Shown here piece by piece: positions 10,301 through 20,398 of a stretch of 64,000 nucleotides of DNA. Origin of the DNA: Vicinamibacterales bacterium (GTDB taxonomy: Bacteria > Acidobacteriota > Vicinamibacteria > Vicinamibacterales > 2-12-FULL-66-21); the NCBI GenBank assembly GCA_035463475.1, contig DATHTE010000133.1, forward strand, positions 97,297 through 161,296, given 5' to 3'. The number at the start of each line of letters is the position of its first letter. The stretch's first letter is position 1. The position numbers and the translations under genes are program-made. The notes beneath the pieces are model-generated. The model had not been told where the DNA came from. It was given only the letters and a program-made list of their open reading frames with translations, and searched no databases.

Positions 10301-11146
10301 GTGACTTGGTATAGTCCACTCGTGCCGAAGCTCTCGGTCACGATCATCACGAAGAACGAGGCTGGGAACATCGCCGCGGCGATCGGGTCGGTCGCCTGGG
10401 CCAACGACGTGCTCGTGGTGGACTGCGGCAGCACCGACGCCACCGTCGAGATCGCGCGCGCGCGTGGCGCCCGCGTACTGCACCGGGCGTGGCAGGGGTT
10501 CGCGGAACAGAAGAACTACGCCGCCGGGCAGGCGGCCTACGACTGGATCCTCTCGCTCGACGCCGACGAGCGCGTAACGCCCGCGCTCGCCGACGAGATC
10601 CGCGCCCTCATGGCGGCGGATCCGCCGCCGCATCCCGGCTACCGCATCCCGCGTGTGAGCTGGTACCTGGGCCGATGGATCCGCACCACCGACTGGTATC
10701 CGGATCGCCAGCTGCGGCTGTACGATCGGCGCCGCGGGAGCTGGCAGAATCGGCGTGTGCACGAGTCAGTCACGGTGCAAGGCGCCGCGGGCCGGCTCAC
10801 GCACGAGATCCAGCACCGGCCGTATCGCGACCTCGCCCATCACCTCACCACGATGAACCGCTACACGACCCTCGCGGCCGAGGAGATGTACGAGCAGGGC
10901 CAGCGGTCCGGGCTGGGCTCGATCCTGTTCCTGCCCGTCGCAGCCTTCATCCGAAACTACCTCCTGCGGCGCGGGTTCATGCAGGGCACGAGGGGCCTGA
11001 TTATCTCGCACCTCAACAGCTACTACGTCCTGCTGAAGTTTCTGAAACTCTGGGAGCTTCAGACCACGGGAACGGCGGCGGATCCCGGAGCGCCGGATCC
11101 GCACGTCCGCACGCCGGAGCCCGGCGCGCGCGAAGCGGCGGGGTGA
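10301..11146 (+). CDS. glycosyltransferase family 2
   Basis: LSVTIITKNEAGNI...VVDCGSTDATVEIA...SLDADE motifs (GT-A DxD); codon 10301 is GTG; in-frame GTG 10322 is an alternative start. Confidence 0.85.
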   Translation: MTWYSPLVPKLSVTIITKNEAGNIAAAIGSVAWANDVLVVDCGSTDATVEIARARGARVLHRAWQGFAEQKNYAAGQAAYDWILSLDADERVTPALADEIRALMAADPPPHPGYRIPRVSWYLGRWIRTTDWYPDRQLRLYDRRRGSWQNRRVHESVTVQGAAGRLTHEIQHRPYRDLAHHLTTMNRYTTLAAEEMYEQGQRSGLGSILFLPVAAFIRNYLLRRGFMQGTRGLIISHLNSYYVLLKFLKLWELQTTGTAADPGAPDPHVRTPEPGAREAAG

Positions 11147-12267
11147 TGTTTTCGCTCCACATCGACACCGCGAGGAGCTGGCGTGGCGGTCAGGCGCAGG
11201 TGCTGATGACGGCGCTCGGCCTGCGCGAGCGGGGCCACCGCGCCGCGCTCGTCGTGCACCCCGAGGGGGTGCTCCGCCAGCGGTTGAGCGAAAGTCACGA
11301 CGTGATACCGCTGGCGCCGCGCAGCGAAATGGACCTGGGCGCCGCGTGGAAGCTGTCGCGCGTCATCCGGCAGCTCGCCCCTGACGTCGTCCACGCGCAC
11401 GACTCGCATGCGGTGGCGATGGCCTCCTCCGCGCTCGCGATGGCGGCGCCCACGCCGCGCCCGCCGCTCGTCATGTCGCGACGCGTCGATTTCCACGTCC
11501 GCAAGAACGCGCTCTCGCGATGGAAGTACAACCAGGTGGACTGCTTCGTCTGCGCGTCCGACGCGATCCGCCGGATGCTGGTCGCGGACGGCATCCCCGA
11601 GGAGCGCGCGGTCGTGGTCTACGACGGCGTCGACGTCGGCAAGCTCGACGCGGTCCCGTCCGCGAGCATTCACGAGGCGTTCTGGCTTCCGCACCAGGCG
11701 CCCGTCGTCGTCAACGTGGCCGCGCTGGTGCCGCACAAGGGCCAGCGCCATCTCGTCGAGGCGGCGGCGATGGTGCTCCGGCAGGTGCCGGACGCGCGGT
11801 TCGTGATCTTCGGCGAGGGCGAGCTGCGCGACGCGCTGGAACGGCAGATCCGCTCGCGCGACCTCGCGAAGCACGCCCTGCTCGCGGGCTTTCGGGCCGA
11901 CGTGCTCGCGCTCTGCAAGACCGCCGACCTGTTCGCGATGAGCTCCGTCGCCGAAGGACTCGGCAGCGCGCTGCTCGACGCGATGGCGTGCGGCAAGGCG
12001 GTGGCAGGGACGACGGCCGGCGGCATCCCCGAGGCGGTCGTCCACGGCGAGACGGGCCTGCTCGTCCCGCCACGCGACGACGAGGCGCTGGCGGACGCGA
12101 TCGTGAGGCTGCTGCGCGACGCCGGGCTCCTGGAGCGCTTCGGGCGGGCGGGGCGCGCACGCGTCGAGGAGCACTTCAGCGCCGAGCGGATGGTGACTGG
12201 CGTGCTGAACGCGTACGCGCTGGCCATCTCGCGCCCGGCGATCGCTTCGGCCGACACACGCCCTTGA
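11146..12267 (+). CDS. glycosyltransferase family 1 (GT4-type)
   Basis: Start ATG 11146 overlaps the preceding TGA (TGATG); MFSLHIDTARSWRGGQAQV; C-terminal EGLGSALLDAMACGKAVAGTTAGGIPEAVVHGETGLLVPP GT-B motif. Confidence 0.85.
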   Translation: MFSLHIDTARSWRGGQAQVLMTALGLRERGHRAALVVHPEGVLRQRLSESHDVIPLAPRSEMDLGAAWKLSRVIRQLAPDVVHAHDSHAVAMASSALAMAAPTPRPPLVMSRRVDFHVRKNALSRWKYNQVDCFVCASDAIRRMLVADGIPEERAVVVYDGVDVGKLDAVPSASIHEAFWLPHQAPVVVNVAALVPHKGQRHLVEAAAMVLRQVPDARFVIFGEGELRDALERQIRSRDLAKHALLAGFRADVLALCKTADLFAMSSVAEGLGSALLDAMACGKAVAGTTAGGIPEAVVHGETGLLVPPRDDEALADAIVRLLRDAGLLERFGRAGRARVEEHFSAERMVTGVLNAYALAISRPAIASADTRP

Positions 12268-13093
12268 GCGGGCAGTCCCGGTTTCCCCTCCTCGTCCCGT
12301 AGCCGCACATCCCCGCCATGCCGATGTGACACAGCGAAAAGTCGTAGCGCACGGGATCCTCCGGCGAGAGTGCGCGCAAGCCCTCAGTGATCTCGACGGC
12401 CATCTTCCAGCCCGGCGTGGACCGCCGCGTCAGGCCGAGGCAGCGCCCCAGCCGGATCACGTGCGTGTCGAGCGGAACGACCAGCCTGGCGGCCCGCACG
12501 CGGCTCCAGACGCCGAGATCGACGGCATCGCGCCGAACCATCCAGCGGAGGAACAGGTTCAGGCGCTTGCAGGCGCTGCCGGCGGAGGGGCGCGGAAAGA
12601 AATGGCAGATGCCGATCCTCGCGCGGCGCGTGCCGTAGATTGCCGTCAGGTCGAATGCGAGCGCGCGGCGGCAGAAGCTGTCGAGCGCCGGGCCGATGTC
12701 CGCGTGTCCGTCCGGGTCCTCCTCGAGGAAGAACGACTCGAGCGAGCCGGACTGCTCCAGCATGCGCCGCAGTACGAGGAGCAGCGCCGCGAGGTCCTTG
12801 CCGGTGACCCAGCGGTGCACCAGCGGGCGCAACTCCGGATGGCGCGGGGGATCGAATGCGCGGACGAAGGCGTGCGGCGACGGGCCGAGGACCGCGAACA
12901 GCCGCTCGATGGAATGGAGCACGCTCGCGACGCGCCCGAACGCGAGCGCCGCGGCGCAGAACCCGGCAACCTCCAGGTCGCGCGGGTCGGAGAAGCGGCG
13001 AACGAGATGGACGGGGTCCGCGGCGGAATCCTCGCGGTTGAAGGCGTCGTACTGCGCGTCGAGGACGTCGCGGTACGCGGCGAGCGCTACCAC
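12176..13093 (-). CDS. TIGR02757/DUF2400 family protein (HhH-GPD-related, function unknown)
   Basis: Recognised from LVRRFSDPRDLEVAGFCAAALAFGRV, CKRLNLFLRWMVR, PLDTHV and terminal CxxxxxC motifs; start set at GTG 13093 because the upstream part of the track ORF overlaps the preceding gene. Confidence 0.65.
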   Translation of the reverse strand: MVALAAYRDVLDAQYDAFNREDSAADPVHLVRRFSDPRDLEVAGFCAAALAFGRVASVLHSIERLFAVLGPSPHAFVRAFDPPRHPELRPLVHRWVTGKDLAALLLVLRRMLEQSGSLESFFLEEDPDGHADIGPALDSFCRRALAFDLTAIYGTRRARIGICHFFPRPSAGSACKRLNLFLRWMVRRDAVDLGVWSRVRAARLVVPLDTHVIRLGRCLGLTRRSTPGWKMAVEITEGLRALSPEDPVRYDFSLCHIGMAGMCGYGTRRGNRDCPLKGVCRPKRSPGARWPARTRSARQSPSARR

Positions 13094-13713
13094 GTGGTGA
13101 TCGGCGTGCCCTGCGCGCACATCGGGCACGAGTCGATCGTGTAGTTGCGCGCGGACTCGTACGCGGCGAGCGCGAAGTTCGGCACGCCGACGTCCACCAC
13201 CGACTCGCCGCGGTCGTAAATCTCGACGGTCGCCACGAGCTCGCCTCCCGCCTGCCGCACGAGTTCGGCACACCGTTCGAACGTCTTCCCCGTGTTTCGC
13301 ACGTCGTCGGCGAGGAGCACGCGTTTGCCGGAGATGTGGCGGGCGTAGAACGGCCGGAGCACGAAATGCCCGGGCTGCTCCTGCGTGAACGGCGCGAACT
13401 GCGAGCGCGGCAGCGTGAGGGGACGGCGCCCGTCGAGCAGTCCGGCGAGCGTGTGCGCGAGGAGCGCGCCGCCCGTGACCGGACCGGCCACCACCTCCGT
13501 TTGCTGAAGCACGTGGCTGGGGATGACGTCGAGCAGGTCCTGCGCGAGCTGCCAGATGGTCGACGGATGCCGGAACAGCTGGTGCGGGTTCAGGTAGACG
13601 CGGCCGTGATAGCCGTTGCCGTAATCGAAGTGCCCGTTGACCATGAGCACCTCGAAATCCTGCAGCTTTTTGAGCGCCTGCAGCCGCACCTCATCGCGCC
13701 GCGACACGCACAT
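13087..13713 (-). CDS. phosphoribosyltransferase-domain protein (second PyrE-like PRTase inside the pyr operon)
   Basis: PRPP loop VLLADDVRNTGKTF; start ATG 13713 overlaps pyrC by 23 nt, alternative GTG 13689 lies 1 nt after the pyrC stop. Confidence 0.7.
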   Translation of the reverse strand: MCVSRRDEVRLQALKKLQDFEVLMVNGHFDYGNGYHGRVYLNPHQLFRHPSTIWQLAQDLLDVIPSHVLQQTEVVAGPVTGGALLAHTLAGLLDGRRPLTLPRSQFAPFTQEQPGHFVLRPFYARHISGKRVLLADDVRNTGKTFERCAELVRQAGGELVATVEIYDRGESVVDVGVPNFALAAYESARNYTIDSCPMCAQGTPITTW

Positions 13714-15022
13714 CCTCCAGGGTGGCCGCGCCGGGCGCGTCCGGGTTGACGTACACGATCCGCCCGGCGACGAGCGTCGCCCCCACGCCGCCGCGCAGCG
13801 TCCAGCCGTCGAACGGCGTGTTCTTCGACCTGGATCGCAGCAGCGCCGCCGCAACCGTCGTCCGCATGTCGGGGACGAGCAGCGTCACGTCCGCGGCGGA
13901 ACCTTCCGCGAGCGTGCCCCCCGGGACGTTCAGGATCCTCGCCGGGTTCGAGGACAGCAGCTCGACGAGCCGCGGCAGCGTGATGCGGCCGGCATGCACC
14001 AGGCGATCGAACACGAGCGGGACCGCCGTCTCGAGGCCGACGATGCCGAACGGCGCGCGATCGAACTCGACGAGCTTCTCGTCGTAGTGATGCGGCGCGT
14101 GGTCCGTCGCGATCGCGTCGATCGACCCGTCGGCGAGCCCCTCGATGAGCGCGTCGCGGTCCGCCTCCTCGCGCAGCGGCGGGTTCATCTTGACGTTCGT
14201 GTCGTAGCCCTTCAACGCCGCGTCGGTGAGCACCAGGTGGTGCGGCGTCACCTCGCACGTCACGCGCACGCCGCGCGCCTTGCCGTCGCGGACCGCGCGG
14301 AGCGACCCGCGCACGCTCATGTGCGCGATGTGGACCCGCGCGTTCGCGAGCGCGGCGAGCGTCACGTCGCGGGCCACCATGATCTCCTCCGCGGCGGCGG
14401 GAATCCCGCGCAGGCCGAGCGCGGACGCCTCGTAGCCCTCGTGGGCGACGCCGTCCGCCTTGAGCGACGGATCTTCGCAGTGGTCGATCACCGGCATGCC
14501 GAACATGCCGGCATACTCCAGCGCGCGCCGCATGAGCAGCGCCGTCGCGACCGGCTTGCCATCGTCGGAAACAGCCACGCAGCCCGCCCGCCGCAGCTCC
14601 GCGATGTCCGCGAGCTGCTCCCCCTTCGATCCGCGCGAGACGGCGCCGACCGGGTACACGCGCGCCTGCCTCGCCTCGGCCGCCTTGCGCAGGATCAACT
14701 CGGTGATGGCGGCGTGGTCGTTGACCGGGTCCGTGTTCGGCATGCACGCGACGGCGGTGAACCCACCCGCGACCGCCGCGGCGGTGCCGGTCGCGACCGT
14801 TTCCTTGTGCTCCTGGCCCGGCTCGCGCAGGTGCACGTGCATGTCGATCAGCCCCGGCGTGACGATCCACCCCCGAGGCACCTCGAGGACGGCGGCGTCT
14901 CCGACGGGCAGGTCCTTGCCGATCCGCGCGATGCGCTCTCCTTCGATGAGCACGTCGGCTGGCCCGTTCAGGCCCTGCCGCGGATCGATGACGTGCCCGC
15001 CCTTCAGCATGCGCCTCGTCAT
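13691..15022 (-). CDS. pyrC: dihydroorotase
   Basis: 443 aa; [10 protein letters not shown] metal-binding motif, amidohydrolase fold; overlaps pyrB stop. Confidence 0.92.
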   Translation of the reverse strand: MTRRMLKGGHVIDPRQGLNGPADVLIEGERIARIGKDLPVGDAAVLEVPRGWIVTPGLIDMHVHLREPGQEHKETVATGTAAAVAGGFTAVACMPNTDPVNDHAAITELILRKAAEARQARVYPVGAVSRGSKGEQLADIAELRRAGCVAVSDDGKPVATALLMRRALEYAGMFGMPVIDHCEDPSLKADGVAHEGYEASALGLRGIPAAAEEIMVARDVTLAALANARVHIAHMSVRGSLRAVRDGKARGVRVTCEVTPHHLVLTDAALKGYDTNVKMNPPLREEADRDALIEGLADGSIDAIATDHAPHHYDEKLVEFDRAPFGIVGLETAVPLVFDRLVHAGRITLPRLVELLSSNPARILNVPGGTLAEGSAADVTLLVPDMRTTVAAALLRSRSKNTPFDGWTLRGGVGATLVAGRIVYVNPDAPGAATLEDVRVAAR

Positions 15023-15983
15023 GATGTCGCCTGCGCCTCCGCACCCCCGCCGAGCAGGTAGAGCACCGCCATCCGGACCGCGACGCCGTTGGCCACCTGC
15101 TCGAGGATCACCGAGAAGGGCCCGTCCGCGACCGCGGAATCGATCTCCACGCCGCGGTTCATCGGGCCGGGGTGCATGATGATTGCGTCGGCTTTCGCGA
15201 GCTTCGCGCGCGCGGGGGTGAGGCCGAACTCTTCGAAGTACTCGCGCGTGGTCGGGAAGAAATGGCCGTGCATCCGCTCCTGCTGGATGCGCAGCATCAT
15301 CACGACGTCCGCGTCATCGACGGCTTCTTCGATCCGCGTCGTCGCGGCAACGCCGAACCGTTCGACATCGGGCGGCAGCAGCGTCGCGGGGGCACAGACC
15401 TGCACGTGCGCCCCGACCTTGTTCAGGAGGATGGCGTTCGACCTGAACACGCGGCTGTGGAACAGGTCGCCGACGATTGCGACCTTCAGTCCCTCGAGCC
15501 GTCCCTTGCGCTCGCGGATCGTGAACGCGTCGAGCAGCGCCTGCGTGGGATGTTCGTGCAGGCCGTCCCCCGCGTTCACGACGTGCGAGCGGCAGATGCG
15601 CGCGAGCAGGTGGCAGGCGCCCGACGAGGAGTGCCGCATGACGATGATGTCCGGCGCCATCGCCTCCAGGTTGCGGACCGTGTCCACGAGCGTCTCCCCC
15701 TTGACGACGCTGGACACGGCGGTGGCGATGCTCAGCGTGTCGGCGCTCAGGCGCTTCTCCGCGACTTCGAACGACGTGCGCGTCCGCGTGCTGGGCTCGA
15801 AAAAGAGGTTGACGACGGTCCGGCCGCGCAGCGCCGGCACCTTCTTGATCGGGCGCGAGCCGATCTCCTTCATCGCCTCGGCCGTGTCGAGCACGAGGAG
15901 GATCTCGTCCTTCGAGAGGTCTTCGATCCCCAGCAGGTGCCGGCCGCGGAGCGACGTCCGCCCGACGATCGCCGTCTCGGGGC

Positions 15984-15987
<4 letters not shown>
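15019..15987 (-). CDS. pyrB: aspartate carbamoyltransferase catalytic subunit
   Basis: 322 aa; FFEPSTRTR and HPTQ, HPGP motifs. Confidence 0.93.
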
Positions 15988-16526
<539 letters not shown>

Positions 16527-16557
16527 GATGCAGGTGGAGGAGCAGGAGGTGTCACGG

Positions 16558-16592
16558 CAGACCTCTTCGCGGCCTCGCTGGACCGCGGTTAA
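16558..16592 (-). promoter_or_regulatory. candidate PyrR-binding RNA hairpin in the pyrR leader
   Basis: Minus-strand RNA reads UUAACCGCGGUCCAGCGAGGCCGCGAAGAGGUCUG: stem CGCGG/CCGCG enclosing UCCAGCGAGG, followed by GAAGAGG; resembles the remembered PyrR binding-loop core (approximately UCCAGAGAGGCU...GAAGG); 32 nt upstream of the pyrR ATG. Confidence 0.6.
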
Positions 16593-16620
16593 AGAGCGAG
16601 GGGGAGTGTATCACACACGT

Positions 16621-16842
16621 CGATCGGGTAACCGGTCATCGCGGAATCGGGGAATCGCACGATCGGGGAATCGGGTAATCGGCAATCGGGTAAATTGGAC
16701 CGGGGAATCGGGGAATCGGGTCATCGTGGGCGCCATAATGCGAGGCGACGGCACGATTACCGATCCCATGGCCCGATTGCCCGCTTACCCGATTACCGAT
16801 CGTGCCATCACCCGATTTACCCGATTATCATTTACCGATCGG
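16621..16842. repeat. about 220-bp dyad-symmetric array of 7-8 nt units (AATCGGG-type on the left arm, CCCGATT-type on the right arm)
   Basis: Read directly: left arm gaatcgg ggaatcg ... ggtaatc ggcaatc gggtaa...; right arm cgattac..cccgattgc..acccgattac..cccgatttacccgatt; ends cgatcgggtaa / ttaccgatcgg are inverted; fills the whole spacer between the AlkP-family gene stop (16843) and the pyrR leader. Confidence 0.9.
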
Positions 16843-18630
16843 CTAGCGTCCGGCCATCAGCGTCTCATACGACCTGATGAACACAATCGGCCTGCTGTCC
16901 GAGAACTCCTTCACGAACAGGTCCGTGCGCGCGAAGCCGTCCATGTCGCGGCCGACGGGGAGCCCGAGGTAATAGAGAATCGTCGGCGCGACGTCCACCA
17001 CCGCGCCGCGCTGGAGCTTGCCGGAACGCACGCGCGCGCCGTACGCGAGCAGAAACCCATCGGGCGCGCGCTCGTGCGTGCCGCTCATCCGCACGTCCCC
17101 GAGCAGCTGCGCCAGCAGGCGCTTCGGCACCGTCATCGGCTCCATGCCGAAGCCCGACACCACGAGCAGGAGATCGTCGGGACCGAGCGTCGCGATCTGG
17201 GCGCCAATCTCGGCGTCGAGAAACGCGTAGTACCGATCGAGCACCGCGCCGTGGCGCCGAACGTCCGCCTCCGAGACGTTGCCGAACGCCCGCGGCATCG
17301 CGTAGCGGAGATACGTGTGCCCGACCGCGTCGATGCCGGCATAGCGGACGGCCAGCAGCCCCGGGCGAATCGACGCCGACAGCTCGCGCGCGAGTCGGCC
17401 GTAGATGCGGTCCCACCGCGCCGGCTGCTCCTGCAGCGGTTCGAGGCCGCTGGCAGAGGCATTGACCGGCACCGGCGCGATCTCCGGGGCCTGCGGCGCG
17501 TCGAAGAACGCGTCACGCGCGGCGGGCAGGACCTCGGCTGGATATGCGACCGTCTCGTCAACCAGCCGCAGCAGCGAACGCGACACCAGGTGCAGGCGAT
17601 CGGAGATCAGGAACCCGCGGATCGGTTGCGCCGGGTACGTCACCGGCCAGCGGACGACGCCGCTCGAGATCCCGCGCGTGGCCAGCAGGCTCCAGAGCGG
17701 ACGCGCGCGCCATGAGGAGGACGAGTGCGGCGCGGCCTGCACGAGGCCGAAGCGGACGAGCGCGTGCGCCAGGCAGTAGTCCGGCAGCAGCTGCACGGCG
17801 TGGGTGCGCGAACGGACGTAATAGAGCGCGCTGCTCGGCACGCCGTTGCGCGGCGGGTACTTGCCGGTGGCGACGGCGGCCCACACCGGCTCCGGCTGCG
17901 TCGGGCGCAGCGTCGCGAGGTCCATCGCCGCGCCACGGTCGAGGATGCGCCCGAAGTTCGGAAACCGGCCCTCCACCGCCCGCGGCCACAAGTAGTCGAG
18001 CGAGGCCCCCTCGAGCAGCACCAGCACGACGCGACCGGCACTGGCCTCCGTGTCCCCCCCGCTCGTGGCGGCCGTGGCGGGCGCCGTGAACGGCTGCGCC
18101 GCAGGTGGCCGCAGCTCACCGAACCCTCGCGCCGCCAGCGGCAACGCCAGCGACGCGCCGAGCGCGAGGCTGAGGATCGCGGCCGCCGCGCGGCTGCCCC
18201 GCCAGCCGATCGAGTACGACGCGATCGCGATCGACAGCAGCACCGCCGCGACGCCGGTCGCGCCGATGGCTCCCGCGGCCATCCCCCGCGCCGCGTCCTC
18301 GCCGATCGCCACCGAGAAGGCGCGCAGGTTCAGCCACATCAGCAGCGCCGCGCCGCCGCAGAGCAACGTGCCGAACCACGCCTGCAGCCGCACGCTGACC
18401 CATGCCGGTCCGCGCACCGGCACGCCGATCACCTCGAGCAGCAGCATCGCCCCGTAGCAGCCCACCGCGAGGTGCACACCATAGAGCGCCGAGAGCGCAG
18501 CGTACCACTCGATCACGACCCGATCGAACACTGGAAGGTGCGGATTCAACTGCAGCAGCAGAATCGTGAGGTACGCGGCGCCGACGAGCCCGGCGATCAA
18601 CGCGTTGGAGAGCAGTCGAAGGTACCGCAC
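16843..18630 (-). CDS. membrane-anchored alkaline-phosphatase-superfamily protein (type I phosphodiesterase/nucleotide pyrophosphatase-like)
   Basis: 595 aa; about 5 N-terminal TM helices, then VVLVLLEGASLDYLWP...TLRPTQPEPVWAAVATGKYPPRNG and DAVGHTY metal-site-like motifs; start codon is GTG. Confidence 0.7.
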   Translation of the reverse strand: MRYLRLLSNALIAGLVGAAYLTILLLQLNPHLPVFDRVVIEWYAALSALYGVHLAVGCYGAMLLLEVIGVPVRGPAWVSVRLQAWFGTLLCGGAALLMWLNLRAFSVAIGEDAARGMAAGAIGATGVAAVLLSIAIASYSIGWRGSRAAAAILSLALGASLALPLAARGFGELRPPAAQPFTAPATAATSGGDTEASAGRVVLVLLEGASLDYLWPRAVEGRFPNFGRILDRGAAMDLATLRPTQPEPVWAAVATGKYPPRNGVPSSALYYVRSRTHAVQLLPDYCLAHALVRFGLVQAAPHSSSSWRARPLWSLLATRGISSGVVRWPVTYPAQPIRGFLISDRLHLVSRSLLRLVDETVAYPAEVLPAARDAFFDAPQAPEIAPVPVNASASGLEPLQEQPARWDRIYGRLARELSASIRPGLLAVRYAGIDAVGHTYLRYAMPRAFGNVSEADVRRHGAVLDRYYAFLDAEIGAQIATLGPDDLLLVVSGFGMEPMTVPKRLLAQLLGDVRMSGTHERAPDGFLLAYGARVRSGKLQRGAVVDVAPTILYYLGLPVGRDMDGFARTDLFVKEFSDSRPIVFIRSYETLMAGR

Positions 18631-18650
18631 GAAGGTTATACTGCTCCCAT

Positions 18651-19460
18651 ATGCCCATCGACGTCGAGGCTGCCGTGCTGTCGAGCACGCGGCTGTCCGA
18701 CGACTACAACGTCCTCGCGCTCGCGGCGCCCGATCTGGCGGCGGCCGCGCGGCCCGGCCAGTTCGTCATGGTGAAGGCCAATTCGGGCACCGACCCGCTG
18801 CTGCGCCGGCCGTTCTCGATCTTCCAGGTGCTCCGCGACGCGGGAGGCCGCGCCACAGGGTTCACGCTGCTCAACAAGCGCGTCGGTCGCGGAACCACGC
18901 TGCTGTTCCAGGCGCCGGCGGGCACGCGCCTGTGCTGCCTGGGCCCGCTGGGGCGTCCTTTTCACACGATTGATCCGCCGGCGGAGGCCTGGATGGTCGC
19001 TGGTGGTGTCGGGCTCGCGCCGTTCGCCACGCTGGCCGAGGCGCTGCGGGATCGCGGCACACCGATGACCCTGTTCTATGGCGCGAGGAGCGCGGCCGAG
19101 TTGTTCTTCGCCGATGAGTTCGCCCGGCTGGGGGCCCGGCTCGTGCTCGCCACCGAAGACGGAAGCCGCGGGGAACGCGGCCTCGTTACTGCGCCGCTCG
19201 AGCGCGCGCTCCGCGACGGCGCCGCCGCCGCGCACCTCTTCGCGTGCGGGCCCACGGCGATGATGAAGGCGGTGGCCGCCCTCGCCGCGGCGCATCGCCG
19301 CCCGTGCCACGTGTCGCTCGAGCAGGTGATGGGCTGCGGACTCGGCGGCTGCTACAGCTGTGTCGTCAGCGTCCGTGACGAGCGGGGGAGGCCGCATTTC
19401 GTTCGATCCTGCGTCAACGGCCCGGTGTTCGACGCGCAACACATCCTGTGGGACGCGTGA
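18651..19460 (+). CDS. pyrK: dihydroorotate dehydrogenase electron-transfer subunit
   Basis: 269 aa; RRPFSIF FAD motif and C-terminal [11 protein letters not shown] 2Fe-2S motif. Confidence 0.9.
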   Translation: MPIDVEAAVLSSTRLSDDYNVLALAAPDLAAAARPGQFVMVKANSGTDPLLRRPFSIFQVLRDAGGRATGFTLLNKRVGRGTTLLFQAPAGTRLCCLGPLGRPFHTIDPPAEAWMVAGGVGLAPFATLAEALRDRGTPMTLFYGARSAAELFFADEFARLGARLVLATEDGSRGERGLVTAPLERALRDGAAAAHLFACGPTAMMKAVAALAAAHRRPCHVSLEQVMGCGLGGCYSCVVSVRDERGRPHFVRSCVNGPVFDAQHILWDA

Positions 19461-20398
19461 TGGACTTCGTCACACCGCTCGGACCGCTCACGCTGAAGAA
19501 TCCGCTCATCGCGGCGAGCGGCTGCTTCGGTTACGGCGTCGAATACGCGGAGGTCGTCGATCTGTCCACGCTTGGTGCTGTCGCCGTGAAGGGGCTCTTC
19601 CTCGCCGAGCGCGAGGGGCACCGACCGCCGCGCATCGTGGAAACCCCCTCCGGCATGCTCAACGCCATCGGGCTCCAGGGGATTGGCGTCCACCGGTTCG
19701 TCCGCGAAATGATGCCCGAACTGCGGCGGCTGCGCGCGACGGTCATCGTGAACGTATGCGGGACGACACTGGAGGAGTACGTCGAGGTGGCGCGCGTCCT
19801 CTCGGACTGCGAAGGCGTGGCCGCGCTGGAGCTGAACATCTCCTGCCCGAACATCAAGGAAGGCGGGATCCAGTTCGGCTGCAGCCTCCCGGGCACTCGG
19901 CAGGTGGTCGCCGCGGTTCGGAAGGCCACGCCGCTGCCGATCATCCCCAAGCTGACGCCGAACGTCACCGACGTCGCCTCGTTCGCGCGCGCGTCGGAAG
20001 AAGCCGGGGCGGATGCGGTATCGCTCGTCAACACGTTTCTCGCGATGGCGATCGACGTGAACACGCGGCGCCCGAAGCTCTCCAACATCGTCGGCGGGCT
20101 GAGCGGGCCCGCGATCCGGCCGATCGCCGTCCGCATGGTCTACGAGTGCCGCCAGGCAGTGAAGATCCCGATCATCGGCATCGGAGGGATCGCGTCGGCG
20201 GAGGACGTGGCGGAGTTCATGATCGCAGGCGCAAACGCGGTCCAGGTCGGCACCGCGAACTTCGTGGACCCGTTCATCTGGCCGAAGCTGCTCGCCGGGC
20301 TCGAGTCGTTCATGCAGCGTCACGGCCTCGCGCGGCTCGCCGACATCGTCGGCACCGTGGACACCAGCAGGCAGGACCAGGTGTGGATCAGCTCATAG
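19448..20398 (+). CDS. pyrD: dihydroorotate dehydrogenase (class 1B catalytic subunit)
   Basis: 316 aa; [28 protein letters not shown] motifs; overlaps pyrK end. Confidence 0.92.
   Translation: MGRVMDFVTPLGPLTLKNPLIAASGCFGYGVEYAEVVDLSTLGAVAVKGLFLAEREGHRPPRIVETPSGMLNAIGLQGIGVHRFVREMMPELRRLRATVIVNVCGTTLEEYVEVARVLSDCEGVAALELNISCPNIKEGGIQFGCSLPGTRQVVAAVRKATPLPIIPKLTPNVTDVASFARASEEAGADAVSLVNTFLAMAIDVNTRRPKLSNIVGGLSGPAIRPIAVRMVYECRQAVKIPIIGIGGIASAEDVAEFMIAGANAVQVGTANFVDPFIWPKLLAGLESFMQRHGLARLADIVGTVDTSRQDQVWISS

Noticed and set aside
12176-12267. Convergent gene overlaps of 92 nt (here), 65 nt (36527-36591) and 35 nt (42220-42254)
   Set aside because: No sign of frameshift or fusion. Late stop codons are expected in GC-rich DNA and the overlapping tails are low-complexity. 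Noted, but not considered biologically special.
16621-16842. Possible CRISPR array, suggested by the regular short repeats
   Set aside because: Units are only 7-8 nt and directly abut each other with no unique spacers. There are no cas genes in the window, and the right half is the inverted complement of the left.
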